Shown one piece after another: positions 27,079 through 37,811 of a stretch of DNA of 64,000 nt. The stretch lies in the NCBI GenBank assembly GCA_963666285.1, contig OY762711.1, one strand, 5' to 3'. The position numbers and the translations under genes were made by a program. The notes under the pieces were generated by a model that worked only from the letters and a program-made list of their open reading frames with translations, ran no database searches and had not been told where the DNA came from. Positions within the stretch are counted from its first letter, which is position 1, and every line of letters starts with the position of its first letter. This DNA comes from Sedimentisphaerales bacterium (GTDB taxonomy: Bacteria; Planctomycetota; Phycisphaerae; Sedimentisphaerales; SM23-30).

Positions 27079-28545
27079 TTATTTTTTAAAGGATATCAGT
27101 ATTGCATTTCTGGTTTGTGATGTGAACTTGACGTTTTCTGCAATACGGTGACCGGCGATACAGATCAGCCCGTGGTCATCATAGATTGCCGCGATATTAT
27201 TTCTAAGATATTGTGGGACCTTGAAGTTGGTCATGATATCTCCGGTAGTTTGTGTGCCGGCAAGACCAAGCGGCCGGTAGTGAATTGACGGTTTTAGAGA
27301 GGTGATATAAAGAGTTCCGGCAGTTTTATTCAGGTCGATAATTTCCTGATATGGCGTTTTGTTTTTGCGAAACGATTCAATGTCGAAATTATTTGTATCT
27401 ACATTTTCAACGGAAACAGAGCGTATCTTATGCAGGTCGGCGATAAATAATAGTTTATTAATTTCAACCTGTCCCGGAATATCTAATTCTACTGTCGAAT
27501 GGCTGCTATCAGTTTTTAAGGCAATAATAAGGTTCTTTTGGGATATTTCAGCTGTCCAGTTATTAGAAAGGTCAGCAATTATCCTGGTTTTCTCATTGAG
27601 GCATTCAGCCCGGATGTAATCTATTTTACTGCAACCAATATCAGCCAAAGGCAGCATGATTTTATCTATTGCATAGCGCAGCATGTTTTTGGCCCGGCTA
27701 TTAGTCAAAGAATTCAGATATCCAAGAGAGACCTGGAATAGTCCGGGGGTGACCACGGCATTAGCAGTGTCAATATCACCTTGGGCTACCGAGTTTAGTA
27801 TTTCTGCGGAGTCAGCAGCGATATTGCCGAGGTTATTGAGAGCCTGTTTAAAGTTAGGATTGAAGGAGTTTTCTATTTCCGGTATGAGTCGATTGCGCAG
27901 GTTGTTACGGGTATAGTCATTTGAATCGTTGCTGGAGTCGTATCTTGAAGTGACATTTTGGGCAACGAGATATTTTTCGATTCGGCTGCGAGTTAAGCCG
28001 AGCAGGGGGCGGATAATAGTAACTGCATTATTGTTATCTGCAAAGCGTTTCGGCTGAATACCTGCCAGACCGTTGATGCCTGTTCCGCGAATGATCCTGT
28101 GAAGGATGGTCTCAGCATTATCGTCGGCATGATGAGCGGTAGCCAGGTACCTGCAATTATGTTCCCGGCATATACCCGTAAGAAAATCATACCTGGCATT
28201 TCTAGCAGCGGTCTCAATTGACTGGCCGGTTTGTTTTGCTGTCTCATTAATATCAAGTTTTTTTATGATGCAATTTAGTCCTAGTTTCTGACAATGGTCA
28301 AGGACGAAATATGCATCCTGATCACTTTCCTGACCTCGAAGAGAGTGATTCAAATGTGCGACGATTATATTGTATGTGTTTTTAATATTTTTTCTCAGGA
28401 TATCATTAATAATTTCCAGCATGGCTATACTGTCCGGCCCGCCTGAGACGGCCAGGACGATAGATTCGTTTCCGGATAGCAGGTCTGGGCAGTTCTGTTT
28501 GAGAAAGCTCTGTACCTCAGTTGTTTCAATACATGCTGTATTCAT
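27079..28545 (-). CDS. tilS: tRNA(Ile)-lysidine synthetase
   Basis: AVSGGPDS PP-loop, AHLNHSLRG, E.AAR.ARY, TAHHADDNAET, IIRPLL, D.SN, RN.LR. Confidence 0.95.
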   Translation of the reverse strand: MNTACIETTEVQSFLKQNCPDLLSGNESIVLAVSGGPDSIAMLEIINDILRKNIKNTYNIIVAHLNHSLRGQESDQDAYFVLDHCQKLGLNCIIKKLDINETAKQTGQSIETAARNARYDFLTGICREHNCRYLATAHHADDNAETILHRIIRGTGINGLAGIQPKRFADNNNAVTIIRPLLGLTRSRIEKYLVAQNVTSRYDSSNDSNDYTRNNLRNRLIPEIENSFNPNFKQALNNLGNIAADSAEILNSVAQGDIDTANAVVTPGLFQVSLGYLNSLTNSRAKNMLRYAIDKIMLPLADIGCSKIDYIRAECLNEKTRIIADLSNNWTAEISQKNLIIALKTDSSHSTVELDIPGQVEINKLLFIADLHKIRSVSVENVDTNNFDIESFRKNKTPYQEIIDLNKTAGTLYITSLKPSIHYRPLGLAGTQTTGDIMTNFKVPQYLRNNIAAIYDDHGLICIAGHRIAENVKFTSQTRNAILISFKK

Positions 28546-28628
28546 AACCTGAAATTATACAAGGAAAGTGCAAACTATGCAATATAGGATGCTATAATAT
28601 AGAGATGTTGAGGAAGATTGAGCAACTG

Positions 28629-30239
28629 CTATTTTGAGGAAATGCCGAGATAATCTTCTATTTCGTTCCATTGCTCATCGTATGAAGCACCGTAAGGCAG
28701 TTCTTTTTCCAGGCCGGTTTTGGTATTTATGCGGATAAGCTTAGTGACCTTGTTTACAATCCGCGGCACAATAGTGACCGGTCCTTTGATTTCTTCATTG
28801 ACTTTAGATTCGCCACGAGGGAATCTAATGACCACATTTGGATGAATCTTGCCAGTAACCTCAACACTAAGGACGGCATTGTTGATGGAATTTTCGTATG
28901 CAGTTTTCAATTTTTCTATCAGTTCATCTGCCTTGCTGTCAAGTTCATATGTTTCGTACAGCAGTTCGGTAGCTTTTTCTTTTTGTTCGCTTGTGAGTCG
29001 CTTTTGTTGTGCCAGCAGCGGCTCAACAACAGCCCTGACTTTTTCTGCCTGCATACGAAGTTTTTTAACTTCGGGTTTGGTAGTTTCGGCTCTGGTTTTA
29101 AGCTCGTCATTTATGCCTATATCGAGAATAGTTTTGCTGCCGGCGTCAGAACCGAGGGTGTGAACTTTTACGCCTTTGAAAGCAGAAATGCTGCCGCCTG
29201 CGAGCTGGCCATTTTCTGAGTAGATTCTACCGCCGCATTCCAGGTTACAGTACATGATTTCCTTGGCAAAAGAGATATCACCAAGGCATTTAACTTTTGA
29301 ACTTGTGATGAATTTGCATTCCAGGTTGCCGTGGCAAATAGCACAACCTTTTTCTTTGCCTGCCATCCCGCCTTTTAGAATCAGGTCTTCTCCAGATTCC
29401 ACCTGGGCGGCTTCGACAACACCTCGAATAATTAGATTTTTGCCCGCTTTAACTTCAAAGAGGTCCAGGATGCTGCGGAATATGTCGACGTTGTTTTTGA
29501 AATTGATATTGCCAATAGAGAAATCAACTTCACTATGGACTTCCAGATTTTCATCTATCCATATTTTCTTAAAGGTATGATTAAGTTTTCCATAGGAACT
29601 TGCATATATGATATCAGCACGTTCTTCTGAATCATCTTTGTCAGGTTCGCCATATCTTACATTTTTTCTTAGCTGTATTTCAGCATCGCGACCTTTAATC
29701 CTCGGAATCGGTTTGCCGAATATATCAATACCATCCTGGCCGGGAGTCGGAGGCATGATTTGTACCAGCGGCTGGTTTTCTTCAACAAAGACAAAACAGC
29801 TCTTTTCGTAATGGCTTTCACGATCAGGGTCATTTTCCTTTTGCTGAGGAGCGGGCTGGTTTTTGGCTAATTCAGGGTTACACGTAAGACTCTGGTCCTG
29901 CTCGTCTCCGTCACCGGTATCGTTGTCTTTTGATACCGGTTCAGGTTTTTCGGCTTCTGTATAAAGTTTCTTAATATAACCATTTGTGTCAGCAACCGGC
30001 GGAGTACCCTGAGCAACAATAACAGTTTCCGGCTGTTTTTTATCATTGATGACAGCAACGAATTGTTGGATATTCTTTTTACCTTCATCATTGATTTGTA
30101 AGCCCAGGCCAATGAGTTCGCTTGTAACTTCCTGCGCAGTGACATCTTTAGGCAAAGTTTCCCCATTAATTGCAATAGTTGCGGTAAGATTATCTTTAGA
30201 ATATGATACCTTATATTTTTTGTTTGCAGTTAACGGCAA
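28629..30239 (-). CDS. FapA / DUF342 family flagellar-associated protein
   Basis: IVAQGTPP, PTPGQDGIDIFG, VDFSIGNINF, beta-helix repeats, coiled coil, IHPNVVI; GGAGG before TTG. Confidence 0.88.
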   Translation of the reverse strand: MPLTANKKYKVSYSKDNLTATIAINGETLPKDVTAQEVTSELIGLGLQINDEGKKNIQQFVAVINDKKQPETVIVAQGTPPVADTNGYIKKLYTEAEKPEPVSKDNDTGDGDEQDQSLTCNPELAKNQPAPQQKENDPDRESHYEKSCFVFVEENQPLVQIMPPTPGQDGIDIFGKPIPRIKGRDAEIQLRKNVRYGEPDKDDSEERADIIYASSYGKLNHTFKKIWIDENLEVHSEVDFSIGNINFKNNVDIFRSILDLFEVKAGKNLIIRGVVEAAQVESGEDLILKGGMAGKEKGCAICHGNLECKFITSSKVKCLGDISFAKEIMYCNLECGGRIYSENGQLAGGSISAFKGVKVHTLGSDAGSKTILDIGINDELKTRAETTKPEVKKLRMQAEKVRAVVEPLLAQQKRLTSEQKEKATELLYETYELDSKADELIEKLKTAYENSINNAVLSVEVTGKIHPNVVIRFPRGESKVNEEIKGPVTIVPRIVNKVTKLIRINTKTGLEKELPYGASYDEQWNEIEDYLGISSK

Positions 30240-30294
30240 AATTTACCTCCGCAATGATGTTTATTTCGATCGAAAAGGGTTTCCCATCGATTGA

Positions 30295-30678
30295 TTACGC
30301 TGTTTGAGTGACACCGGCTTTTTTAAGAGTTTCATCGATTTTTCCAAGCAGGGTATCAGGTGTAAAAGGTTTAACAACATAATTATTAACACCGGATTTG
30401 ATAGCTTCGATAATTCTTGGCTTTTCAGCTTCGGTTGTACACATGATGATGATAGCTTTTTTATCGATTTCTCTTACCTTTTTGACCATGGTCAAGCCGT
30501 CCATATTAGGCATGTTCCAGTCTACCAGCAGGATGTCAAAAGGTCCGTTTTCAGAGATTTGTTTTAAGCCTTCAACACCATCTCCGGCTTCAAACACCTC
30601 AGAACCTTCAATACCTGATACCACCTTTTTCCAGATATTTCTCATTGTACGAGAATCATCAACAAGTAGAAACTTCAT
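30295..30678 (-). CDS. cheY: Chemotaxis response regulator CheY-like
   Basis: LLVDDSRTMR, DWNMPNMDG, MCTTEAEK, GVNNYVVKPF; adjacent to cheX. Confidence 0.88.
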   Translation of the reverse strand: MKFLLVDDSRTMRNIWKKVVSGIEGSEVFEAGDGVEGLKQISENGPFDILLVDWNMPNMDGLTMVKKVREIDKKAIIIMCTTEAEKPRIIEAIKSGVNNYVVKPFTPDTLLGKIDETLKKAGVTQTA

Positions 30679-30710
30679 AGTTTATTTCCTTTCCTACTAT
30701 ACAAAAATGT

Positions 30711-31190
30711 TTAGCTGACACATTTTATGTTAACTTCAACCGCAAGTTTGCCAAGCGGAGTTTCACATGGAATAACAACACAAGGTACATCGCTCATCCT
30801 GGCGACGCTATGATTCTTACCAATAATTACATTTGGTATACTGATACCTGCGGTCATGCCGAATTCAGATTTGGCATTACCGGCGATCATATTTGAAAGT
30901 TCGCCAATTGCATCAGCAAAGTCGTCAGAGTCAATTTCGAATCTTTCACAGGTTAGTTTTTCTACCAGGTTAATGGCAGTATCAGTTGCGAAACTGATGA
31001 CGACAGACCCGACAATATCACCGGTAAAACCGACAATACCTGAAATATCATAATGAGCTACATTTTTCTCTTTCAAATGAGGTTTTCCAATCTGACAATC
31101 AATATCCATCATAGTAGATAAGACATTTTTTGTCGAATAGACGAATGCCTTTGTGATTGTCGGATTGATCTGCACAGTTTGCGTTGTCAT
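30711..31190 (-). CDS. cheX: CheY-P phosphatase CheX
   Basis: ISGIVGFTGDIVG, DAIGELSNMIAG (ExxN), ISIPNVIIG. Confidence 0.93.
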   Translation of the reverse strand: MTTQTVQINPTITKAFVYSTKNVLSTMMDIDCQIGKPHLKEKNVAHYDISGIVGFTGDIVGSVVISFATDTAINLVEKLTCERFEIDSDDFADAIGELSNMIAGNAKSEFGMTAGISIPNVIIGKNHSVARMSDVPCVVIPCETPLGKLAVEVNIKCVS

Positions 31191-31240
31191 TTGTTTTTAC
31201 TCCTGAAATATGGAATATATTATTATTTGTCTTTACTTTT

Positions 31241-31267
31241 TTATCGGTGTTGAATGTATCCAACTTA
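31241..31267 (-). promoter_or_regulatory. Sigma-28 (FliA)-type promoter for cheX-cheY-fapA
   Basis: Minus strand TAAG-N15-ACCGATAA versus consensus TAAA-N15-GCCGATAA. Confidence 0.65.
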
Positions 31268-31287
31268 ACTAACATGTGTTTCACATG

Positions 31288-32613
31288 TCATGCGAGAAAA
31301 TAATATTCGCTTTTGAATGCATAACAATCGTCACAACCATCATAGCCGGTATATCTTTCTGCAGTACAAGTTAAATTAGAATCATCTAATAAATCATCTG
31401 TTTCCGGTAGAATGTATCTTGGGCTGTATTGACAGACATCTGATAGATACTCGTTTTCAGTATAGGAAATGATGTTTTTTAATTCTTCAATATTGCAATT
31501 TAGAAGAATGTCTGATATTTCCGGGTCAAACTGGGTGCCGCTAAACCTGGCAATTTCCGACAGGACTTTTCTGACAGGCAGAGATTTACGGTACGTCCTG
31601 GTGCTCATCATTGCATCAAAAGTATCGGCAATTTTCACGATTCGTCCGATAACAGGTATGCTTTTTCCGCTAATACCAGCAGGGTAACCTTTCCCGTCAT
31701 ATCTTTCATGATGTGTTCGCACTCCGTGGACAACTTCTGATATCTGCCTTATTCCCTTAAGAATATCGGCACCGATAAGCGGATGCTGTTTGACCTCTTC
31801 AAATTCCTCAAGTGTCAGTCTGGCGTCTTTGCGAAGGGTGGATCCTTTAATGCCGATTTTACCAATATCGTGCAGCAAACCTGCCATATAAGCACTTTCA
31901 ATCTGCTGGTCATCAAGTTTAAGCTTCTCTGCAATATATCTTGAGATTCTTGCGACTCTTTCTGAATGTCCGCATGTGTATGGGTCTTTAGCGTCGATGG
32001 TCCTGATAAGGGCTCTTAATGTGCCCATAAGTAATTCCTGCTGGTCTGTGTATAAAGTCTGGTTTTCATGGCAGTTAGAAAGTTTATTGGCTACCGAGAG
32101 CACCAGTCTCGATTCGATTGAACAGAAATTATCTCCATGGTATTTTCCACAGGCAGCAATAGCTCCAACAGTGCCATGGTTCGTGACGATAGGGGCGATA
32201 ATATAATTGTTTATATTTTGTATCAGTCTTGATGAAGCTTTGGTCGGACTATTTTCGATAATAAATGAAGCTTTATCATTTTTGGCGATATGTTTTGCTT
32301 CCTGCCAGATAGCAGATATAGAGTTTCCAGCCAGAAGGTATTTCCCCTCCTGAAATACCTCCGGCTGATTTTGTTTATCTGTTTTTGTGGAGTCATTATT
32401 TCTTAAATCATTCCAGATGATTGCAACATAATCACATTCGATAACTTTCCTGAGCTGTTTGCATATAGATCGGATTTGCCTTGGTAAATCTCTGATGTTA
32501 ACAGTAAGGTCACCTATTTTATGCAGTAGACTGATTTCCTCGTAGCTTTTGCTTAATGCTTCAGCCAGTTTTTCGTTGTCGCTTGCAACTGTAATATTTT
32601 CTAATGTGTTCAT
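31288..32613 (-). CDS. GAF + HD-GYP c-di-GMP phosphodiesterase
   Basis: IDAKDPYTCGHSERV, LLHDIGK, HHERYDGKGYP, ADTFDAM, GTQFDP. Confidence 0.92.
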   Translation of the reverse strand: MNTLENITVASDNEKLAEALSKSYEEISLLHKIGDLTVNIRDLPRQIRSICKQLRKVIECDYVAIIWNDLRNNDSTKTDKQNQPEVFQEGKYLLAGNSISAIWQEAKHIAKNDKASFIIENSPTKASSRLIQNINNYIIAPIVTNHGTVGAIAACGKYHGDNFCSIESRLVLSVANKLSNCHENQTLYTDQQELLMGTLRALIRTIDAKDPYTCGHSERVARISRYIAEKLKLDDQQIESAYMAGLLHDIGKIGIKGSTLRKDARLTLEEFEEVKQHPLIGADILKGIRQISEVVHGVRTHHERYDGKGYPAGISGKSIPVIGRIVKIADTFDAMMSTRTYRKSLPVRKVLSEIARFSGTQFDPEISDILLNCNIEELKNIISYTENEYLSDVCQYSPRYILPETDDLLDDSNLTCTAERYTGYDGCDDCYAFKSEYYFLA

Positions 32614-32646
32614 ATTTTAAATGGCAACCAGCCCAACACTGGCAAT

Positions 32647-33033
32647 TTATGCAGGTATAGCTGCACTTTCGGTTAATAGTTCAACTTCTTCCAATAGTTC
32701 AGCCGGGCTGAAAGGTTTATCCAGGCATTTAACAATACCAGAAGGTAAAATTTGCTCAGATATTTCAAAGCTGTGAGAGGTCAGCATAATAATCGGTATC
32801 TCTTTAGTAGCGATATTGTGTTTCAGTTTACTGCATAATTCCAATCCGGACAGATCTGGCATATGGTAATCTGTAATAATGATATCCGGCAGTTCGTTTA
32901 TTGCCTGCTGATACGCTTCAATGCCGTTAATTGCTGTTATTATGTCATATCCGGCTCTTTTCAACTTTAAGCCGATAACATGTAAAATAGCTATTTCGTC
33001 ATCTGCAATCAAAACTTTTTGTTTAATGTCCAT
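32647..33033 (-). CDS. Single-domain response regulator
   Basis: VLIADDE, TDYHMP, MLTS, DKPFSP. Confidence 0.9.
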   Translation of the reverse strand: MDIKQKVLIADDEIAILHVIGLKLKRAGYDIITAINGIEAYQQAINELPDIIITDYHMPDLSGLELCSKLKHNIATKEIPIIMLTSHSFEISEQILPSGIVKCLDKPFSPAELLEEVELLTESAAIPA

Positions 33034-33109
33034 TTTAATGATCCTTATTCTCTTTTCAGCTTTAACGGCTGTTGATGTTTACTGTTTTCAAACACAGATT
33101 ATGAATGAG

Positions 33110-34579
33110 TTAATAGTATTTATTTTTATTAACTGTGCAGCCTGCCAATACCTCTTTACCGAGTTCCAGTTGCGGCAGACATATTGTAAAATTACTGCCG
33201 CGGCCCGGAATACTTTTAACAGAAATAAAACCACTGTGAATTTCTTCAACCACTCTTTTGGTAAGATTAAGTCCCAGGCCGGTACCTTTAATGTTTTTAG
33301 CTCCCGGAACCCTGTAAAACTTATCGAATATTTTCTTTTGATGTTCTTCTGATATTCCTATTCCATTGTCAATAATATGTATGTAGATAACACTCTTATC
33401 AGATTTTGCTGATATTGTTACTTTGCCATTGGGATTGGTGTATTTAATTGCGTTTGTAAGCAGATTCATTATTGCATGATAAAGCAGGTCATAATCGCCA
33501 TAACATTCAAGCTCATTATCATCGATTTTCTTAACAATATTGATATTACTTTCATTGGCAATAGGAGCGGCGGTCATGATAGTTTCATCAATAAGTTTGA
33601 CCAGGTTGAATGCCTGTGGTATCATGTTGACCGCACCATTTTCCACTCTTGACAGGTAGAGTATGTCGTCGATCATTCCAGCCAGTCTTTTAGCCTGGTT
33701 TTCGATTGTGACAGCCATTTCGCGGGCATCATTAGTATTGTCGAATTCGCCCTGGGATATCATTTCAGCATACGCCTTGATGGCAGCTAGCGGAGTTTTT
33801 AGCTCGTGAGATATACTATTGATGATATCGTCTTTCATCATCATAATTTCATTTTCTGTCGTAATATCATAACTTATGATAACCTGTCCGATTCTTCTGT
33901 CTTCACTGTCAAATACGGGCCAGCAGATTAACTTTAAAGTTCTGGTCACGTTGGTTTCAGGGTCATTAACATCAAATTGCCGGCAAAGTTCAATGTATGT
34001 GTTATCTTTGAAATTACTTTCAGTAACAAGTGAAATAATTTCAGGACACATGATAACATCTTCGATAGGCTCCGGTCCGTTATTGTCAAAGACAAAATCA
34101 AATCTTTCCTGGGCTTTGCGATTTGCCAATATAATGTTGCTTTTCTGGTCTGTTATTATCACACCTTCAGCAATGCTATAAATCACTGACTTTAGATGGC
34201 TAAGTTCGAATTCTGCGTTATCTCTGCTTATTTTAAGCTCTCGCAGCTGTTTAGTATGTTCCAGTGAGTTTTCATTTTCCAGGGTAAGGTGGTTATTGAT
34301 CGCACTGACAAGCCCGGCAAGTTCATTTATGGTGTCAACCATGATCATGCCTTTATGGTGGCTTTCGTCCAGTTCTTTAATCTGTTCGGATATCTTAATA
34401 TGTGTATTGGTATAGTATGAATGGATTTTGTTTATGGATCTGAAGAATACAAGGGTGATTACACCGGCAGATATTATGACAGCGGCAATATTAGCACCGA
34501 TTCCAAATATGGAAAAGATTCCAATGATGGAACATGTGAAAATAAGTGTTATAGCCAGTATTTTGTATTTAGTATTCAT
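33110..34579 (-). CDS. Membrane PAS-domain sensor histidine kinase
   Basis: 2 N-terminal TMs, PAS (SIAEGVIITD), SHELKTPL, NLLTNAIKY, DNGIG, FDKFYRV, GTGLGL. Confidence 0.92.
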   Translation of the reverse strand: MNTKYKILAITLIFTCSIIGIFSIFGIGANIAAVIISAGVITLVFFRSINKIHSYYTNTHIKISEQIKELDESHHKGMIMVDTINELAGLVSAINNHLTLENENSLEHTKQLRELKISRDNAEFELSHLKSVIYSIAEGVIITDQKSNIILANRKAQERFDFVFDNNGPEPIEDVIMCPEIISLVTESNFKDNTYIELCRQFDVNDPETNVTRTLKLICWPVFDSEDRRIGQVIISYDITTENEIMMMKDDIINSISHELKTPLAAIKAYAEMISQGEFDNTNDAREMAVTIENQAKRLAGMIDDILYLSRVENGAVNMIPQAFNLVKLIDETIMTAAPIANESNINIVKKIDDNELECYGDYDLLYHAIMNLLTNAIKYTNPNGKVTISAKSDKSVIYIHIIDNGIGISEEHQKKIFDKFYRVPGAKNIKGTGLGLNLTKRVVEEIHSGFISVKSIPGRGSNFTICLPQLELGKEVLAGCTVNKNKYY

Positions 34580-34613
34580 ATATAAGCCTCCAAAGGCTTT
34601 ATTAAATTAGGCG

Positions 34614-35846
34614 TTACTTAGTTACAGTGTTATTTTCGATATTGCTGAGTCTTAACTGTTGAATTTCATTAAGCAGCTGTTCTGTAAGTGTGTTGCCGGG
34701 ATTAAGCTTTTCCGCCTGTTGATAACATTCTTCGGCTTTGAGGATTTCTCCCTGTCCGGAATAAGCTCTTCCAAGGATGCACCAGGCCAGAGGGTCGTCC
34801 TGATCTCTATTTATTACATTTTGAGCCAGGTTCTGGCTGATGTCATATTGTCTTTGTTTCAAATTGATTACAGCTAAAAGCAGAGTAGCTTCGTTGTTTT
34901 CCGGTTCCAGGGCAAGTATTTTACTGCATGTGTCAGTAGCTCGTTCGAGATCGTTTCTGGCTAAAGTAACTTGAGCCATTCTGCACAAGTATTCTTTTTG
35001 AACTCCATGTTTGCGTATCAGGGTTTCATAAGCTCTCTGGGCATTGACATATTGCCCTGTGTACAGATAACAGTCAGCAAGAGCCAACTGCAGGTTTTTA
35101 TCATTTTCCCGGTTCATTTCAGCCATGACGGATTTAATCTGTTTTGCGGCATCTTCATATTGCCCGGTTTTCATTAGTGAGAAGATCAGTTTATCAGCAA
35201 TAACAACATTGTTTGGGTTAAGCTTTCGTGCAAACATGTACATTGCAGTTGCTTTTTGATACTGGTCGTTATTGAAATACAGATTCCCGGTAATCAGGTA
35301 TAATTCCGGGCTGTTTCTTCCGAGTTTGATCTGTTTTTCTGCAATATCGATTGCCTCTGATATTTTATTCATTGATGCCAGAAGTTCTACTTCAGCCAGG
35401 ATGTAATCGATATTGTCCGGACTGCCGGTCTGAGCTTTTTGATAATATTCAATAGCGGTGATATTATTTCCCATCATTTCCTGCAGCAAACCCATCTGGT
35501 AGTTGCCTTCAGGGTGGTCAGGTGCTTGTTCCAGGCATTTTTTCAGGCAGTTTCTAGACATTTCAGGCATATCCTGATATATATACAATTGAGATAGGAG
35601 CAGCCAGCCATCTGGAAAATCAGGTGATTTTTTCAGGGTTTCCTGTACAGTAGATACGGCTTTATCGATTTGCCCATTTGTCATTTGTTTCCTGGCAAGA
35701 TCTAGAGCAATATCGTTGCGAGCCTTATTCCACTGTTCAAACACGGTTTGTTTGTTTTTGTCCTGGGTGCCGCAGCCTCCGGACAGGATAAGGGTCAGGA
35801 AAGCCAGAATGACAATAGTTCTGGAATAAAATTTGTAAATTCTCAT
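34614..35846 (-). CDS. TPR-repeat lipoprotein (ORF track start 35870)
   Basis: GGAGA RBS before ATG 35846; lipobox LSGG|C; ~9-10 TPRs. Confidence 0.85.
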   Translation of the reverse strand: MRIYKFYSRTIVILAFLTLILSGGCGTQDKNKQTVFEQWNKARNDIALDLARKQMTNGQIDKAVSTVQETLKKSPDFPDGWLLLSQLYIYQDMPEMSRNCLKKCLEQAPDHPEGNYQMGLLQEMMGNNITAIEYYQKAQTGSPDNIDYILAEVELLASMNKISEAIDIAEKQIKLGRNSPELYLITGNLYFNNDQYQKATAMYMFARKLNPNNVVIADKLIFSLMKTGQYEDAAKQIKSVMAEMNRENDKNLQLALADCYLYTGQYVNAQRAYETLIRKHGVQKEYLCRMAQVTLARNDLERATDTCSKILALEPENNEATLLLAVINLKQRQYDISQNLAQNVINRDQDDPLAWCILGRAYSGQGEILKAEECYQQAEKLNPGNTLTEQLLNEIQQLRLSNIENNTVTK

Positions 35847-36072
35847 GTTTTCTCCGCCTGCATAATACAATTAAGTATGCATAAGGAATCAGGTCAGGCT
35901 ACATTGATGCCGCTGAAATACTATTATGCATTATTTTTTTCGTATATAATTAGAGATGACTTAATATATCAATTAAAACTTTATTTCGTAAATGGCAGGT
36001 CCTGTCGGCGAGAAAAAAACATTAAATGATAAAAACTGAAGACAGAGTTAGGATTAAGTAGTTAAGTATATG

Positions 36073-36120
36073 TAAAAAAAAAAGTTATAGCAGCCAATTG
36101 AGTTTAGCTGCCATAACTTT
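36073..36120 (-). terminator. Intrinsic terminator after second secretin gene
   Basis: AAAGTTATAGCAGC...GCTGCCATAACTTT stem with a run of T on the minus strand. Confidence 0.7.
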
Positions 36121-36161
36121 GATTAACGATTATTTCGGTTATTATACTGGTAACAGTATTT

Positions 36162-37811
36162 CTAGTTGTTAAACAGGGTATCCTGCTGCAGTATTTTATA
36201 GACAAAGTTTCTAATTGAATGTTTATCGGACTCAATGAGTTCTGTGCCGCTTATTTCCTGTTGCAGGGCAACAGCGTCTTTATGCAGCGGCATTACATAT
36301 GCCGAACGATCAATATATTTTTTAGCATCTTCGGCTTCACCCATCTCTATCGCCTGGCGTGCCTGACGATAATAATGTTCTGCCAGCCTGGTGCGACCAA
36401 TAGGCATAAGTTTGTTACTCATACTTGACATTGTTCGGCCAATATCACCTTTAACTCTCTCAGCCATAGCATAATCCATGTCTTCATTGATGATATGAGG
36501 AGTGATCAGGAAGATAACCTCTTCTTTGTTAACGGTGTCGCTTTGGCTGCGGAATAATGCGCCAACTCCCGGAACTTCACCCAGCAGAGGGACCTGACTG
36601 CGTGTGACAGTTGTTTTGTCACGGAAAAGTCCGCCAATTACGATAGTATGACCATCTTTTACCAGAACATTAGAAGTGACTTCGGCTGTCTGTTCGGAAG
36701 GCAGAACAAATGTGCCTTTTGTTTCTACACCACCATCACTATCCTTGGTCATAAGTTCCATACGGATATAGCCGTCATTCATAACAAAAGGTCTGAATAT
36801 CAACTGGGTACCGGTTTCCAGAAATTCAACAGTCTGGGTTGCAGTAGTCTGCGATACTTCGGTAGTAACATAACCATCTTTGTTACCAACAATTACACGA
36901 CCTTGCTGACGGTTGAGAGTAAGTACTTTTGGATTGCCCAGGGTAACTACATCGGTGATACTTTCCAATGCTTTAATCATTACACTGATATTATTTTTCA
37001 CAATGTTAAGTGAGAAGCCGCCATCACTGACTTTAGAGGTAAAACCTGTTCCAATTGTGGCAGCGCCGTTTTTGATTGTGCTCTGACTGTCCGGGATAGC
37101 AAAGCCGCCGTTCTGATTAACAAAATCTACGCCGCTGAGAACATTGAAATCAATACCAAATTCATTAGTATCGTTAAGAGAAGCGACAAGAATAGTTGCC
37201 TCGATAAGTACCTGGGGAGGGCGGACATCGATTTCATCAATAATTTGACCAATCATTCCAAGGTTTTCAGGATAATCAATAACAACTATGCAGTTTTTAG
37301 CTGCCCAGTTTTCACCAGATTCATCGGTAGGGCCGGAAAGTTCCGGTGAGATAGATATGGAACCGGCTTCGCTGACTACCGGTTTGATCAGGTCGTTTAC
37401 TGAGACAGCCGGCACATAATTAAGTGAAAATACTCTTGTTTCCAGCTTGCGATTTGCTGACTGGATAGCGTTAAATTCATCCTGAGTGTAGACAAAAATA
37501 AATGCCCCTTTTTCTTCGTAGGTGTAACCATTGGCCGGTAAAACAGCGTCCAGAGCTTCCTTGCAGCTTACATCAAAAAGGTTGACTTTCACCTCGCCGG
37601 CGACAGCTTTTGTAGGGATAATATTCCTGTTGCACTTTAAGCTCAGCATTTGCAGAAATTCTACAATATCGCCATTATGAACCAGTGATTCGAGAATATA
37701 CCCCGTATTGGCAGTGTCTGTGTCTGAAGTTTCTTGTGCCGCAGTATTTGCGGTGCACATTGAAATTGCCGCGATTGATAATAGAGCTGTAACTAAAATT
37801 CTGGTTTTCAT
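36162..37811 (-). CDS. Second secretin (PilQ/GspD/MshL-like)
   Basis: Signal peptide; N0 and one N3-type domain; RPPQVLIEATI, VKDGHTIVIGGLF, VPLLGEVPGVGALF, FLITPHII; C-terminal TPR-like helix. Confidence 0.92.
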   Translation of the reverse strand: MKTRILVTALLSIAAISMCTANTAAQETSDTDTANTGYILESLVHNGDIVEFLQMLSLKCNRNIIPTKAVAGEVKVNLFDVSCKEALDAVLPANGYTYEEKGAFIFVYTQDEFNAIQSANRKLETRVFSLNYVPAVSVNDLIKPVVSEAGSISISPELSGPTDESGENWAAKNCIVVIDYPENLGMIGQIIDEIDVRPPQVLIEATILVASLNDTNEFGIDFNVLSGVDFVNQNGGFAIPDSQSTIKNGAATIGTGFTSKVSDGGFSLNIVKNNISVMIKALESITDVVTLGNPKVLTLNRQQGRVIVGNKDGYVTTEVSQTTATQTVEFLETGTQLIFRPFVMNDGYIRMELMTKDSDGGVETKGTFVLPSEQTAEVTSNVLVKDGHTIVIGGLFRDKTTVTRSQVPLLGEVPGVGALFRSQSDTVNKEEVIFLITPHIINEDMDYAMAERVKGDIGRTMSSMSNKLMPIGRTRLAEHYYRQARQAIEMGEAEDAKKYIDRSAYVMPLHKDAVALQQEISGTELIESDKHSIRNFVYKILQQDTLFNN

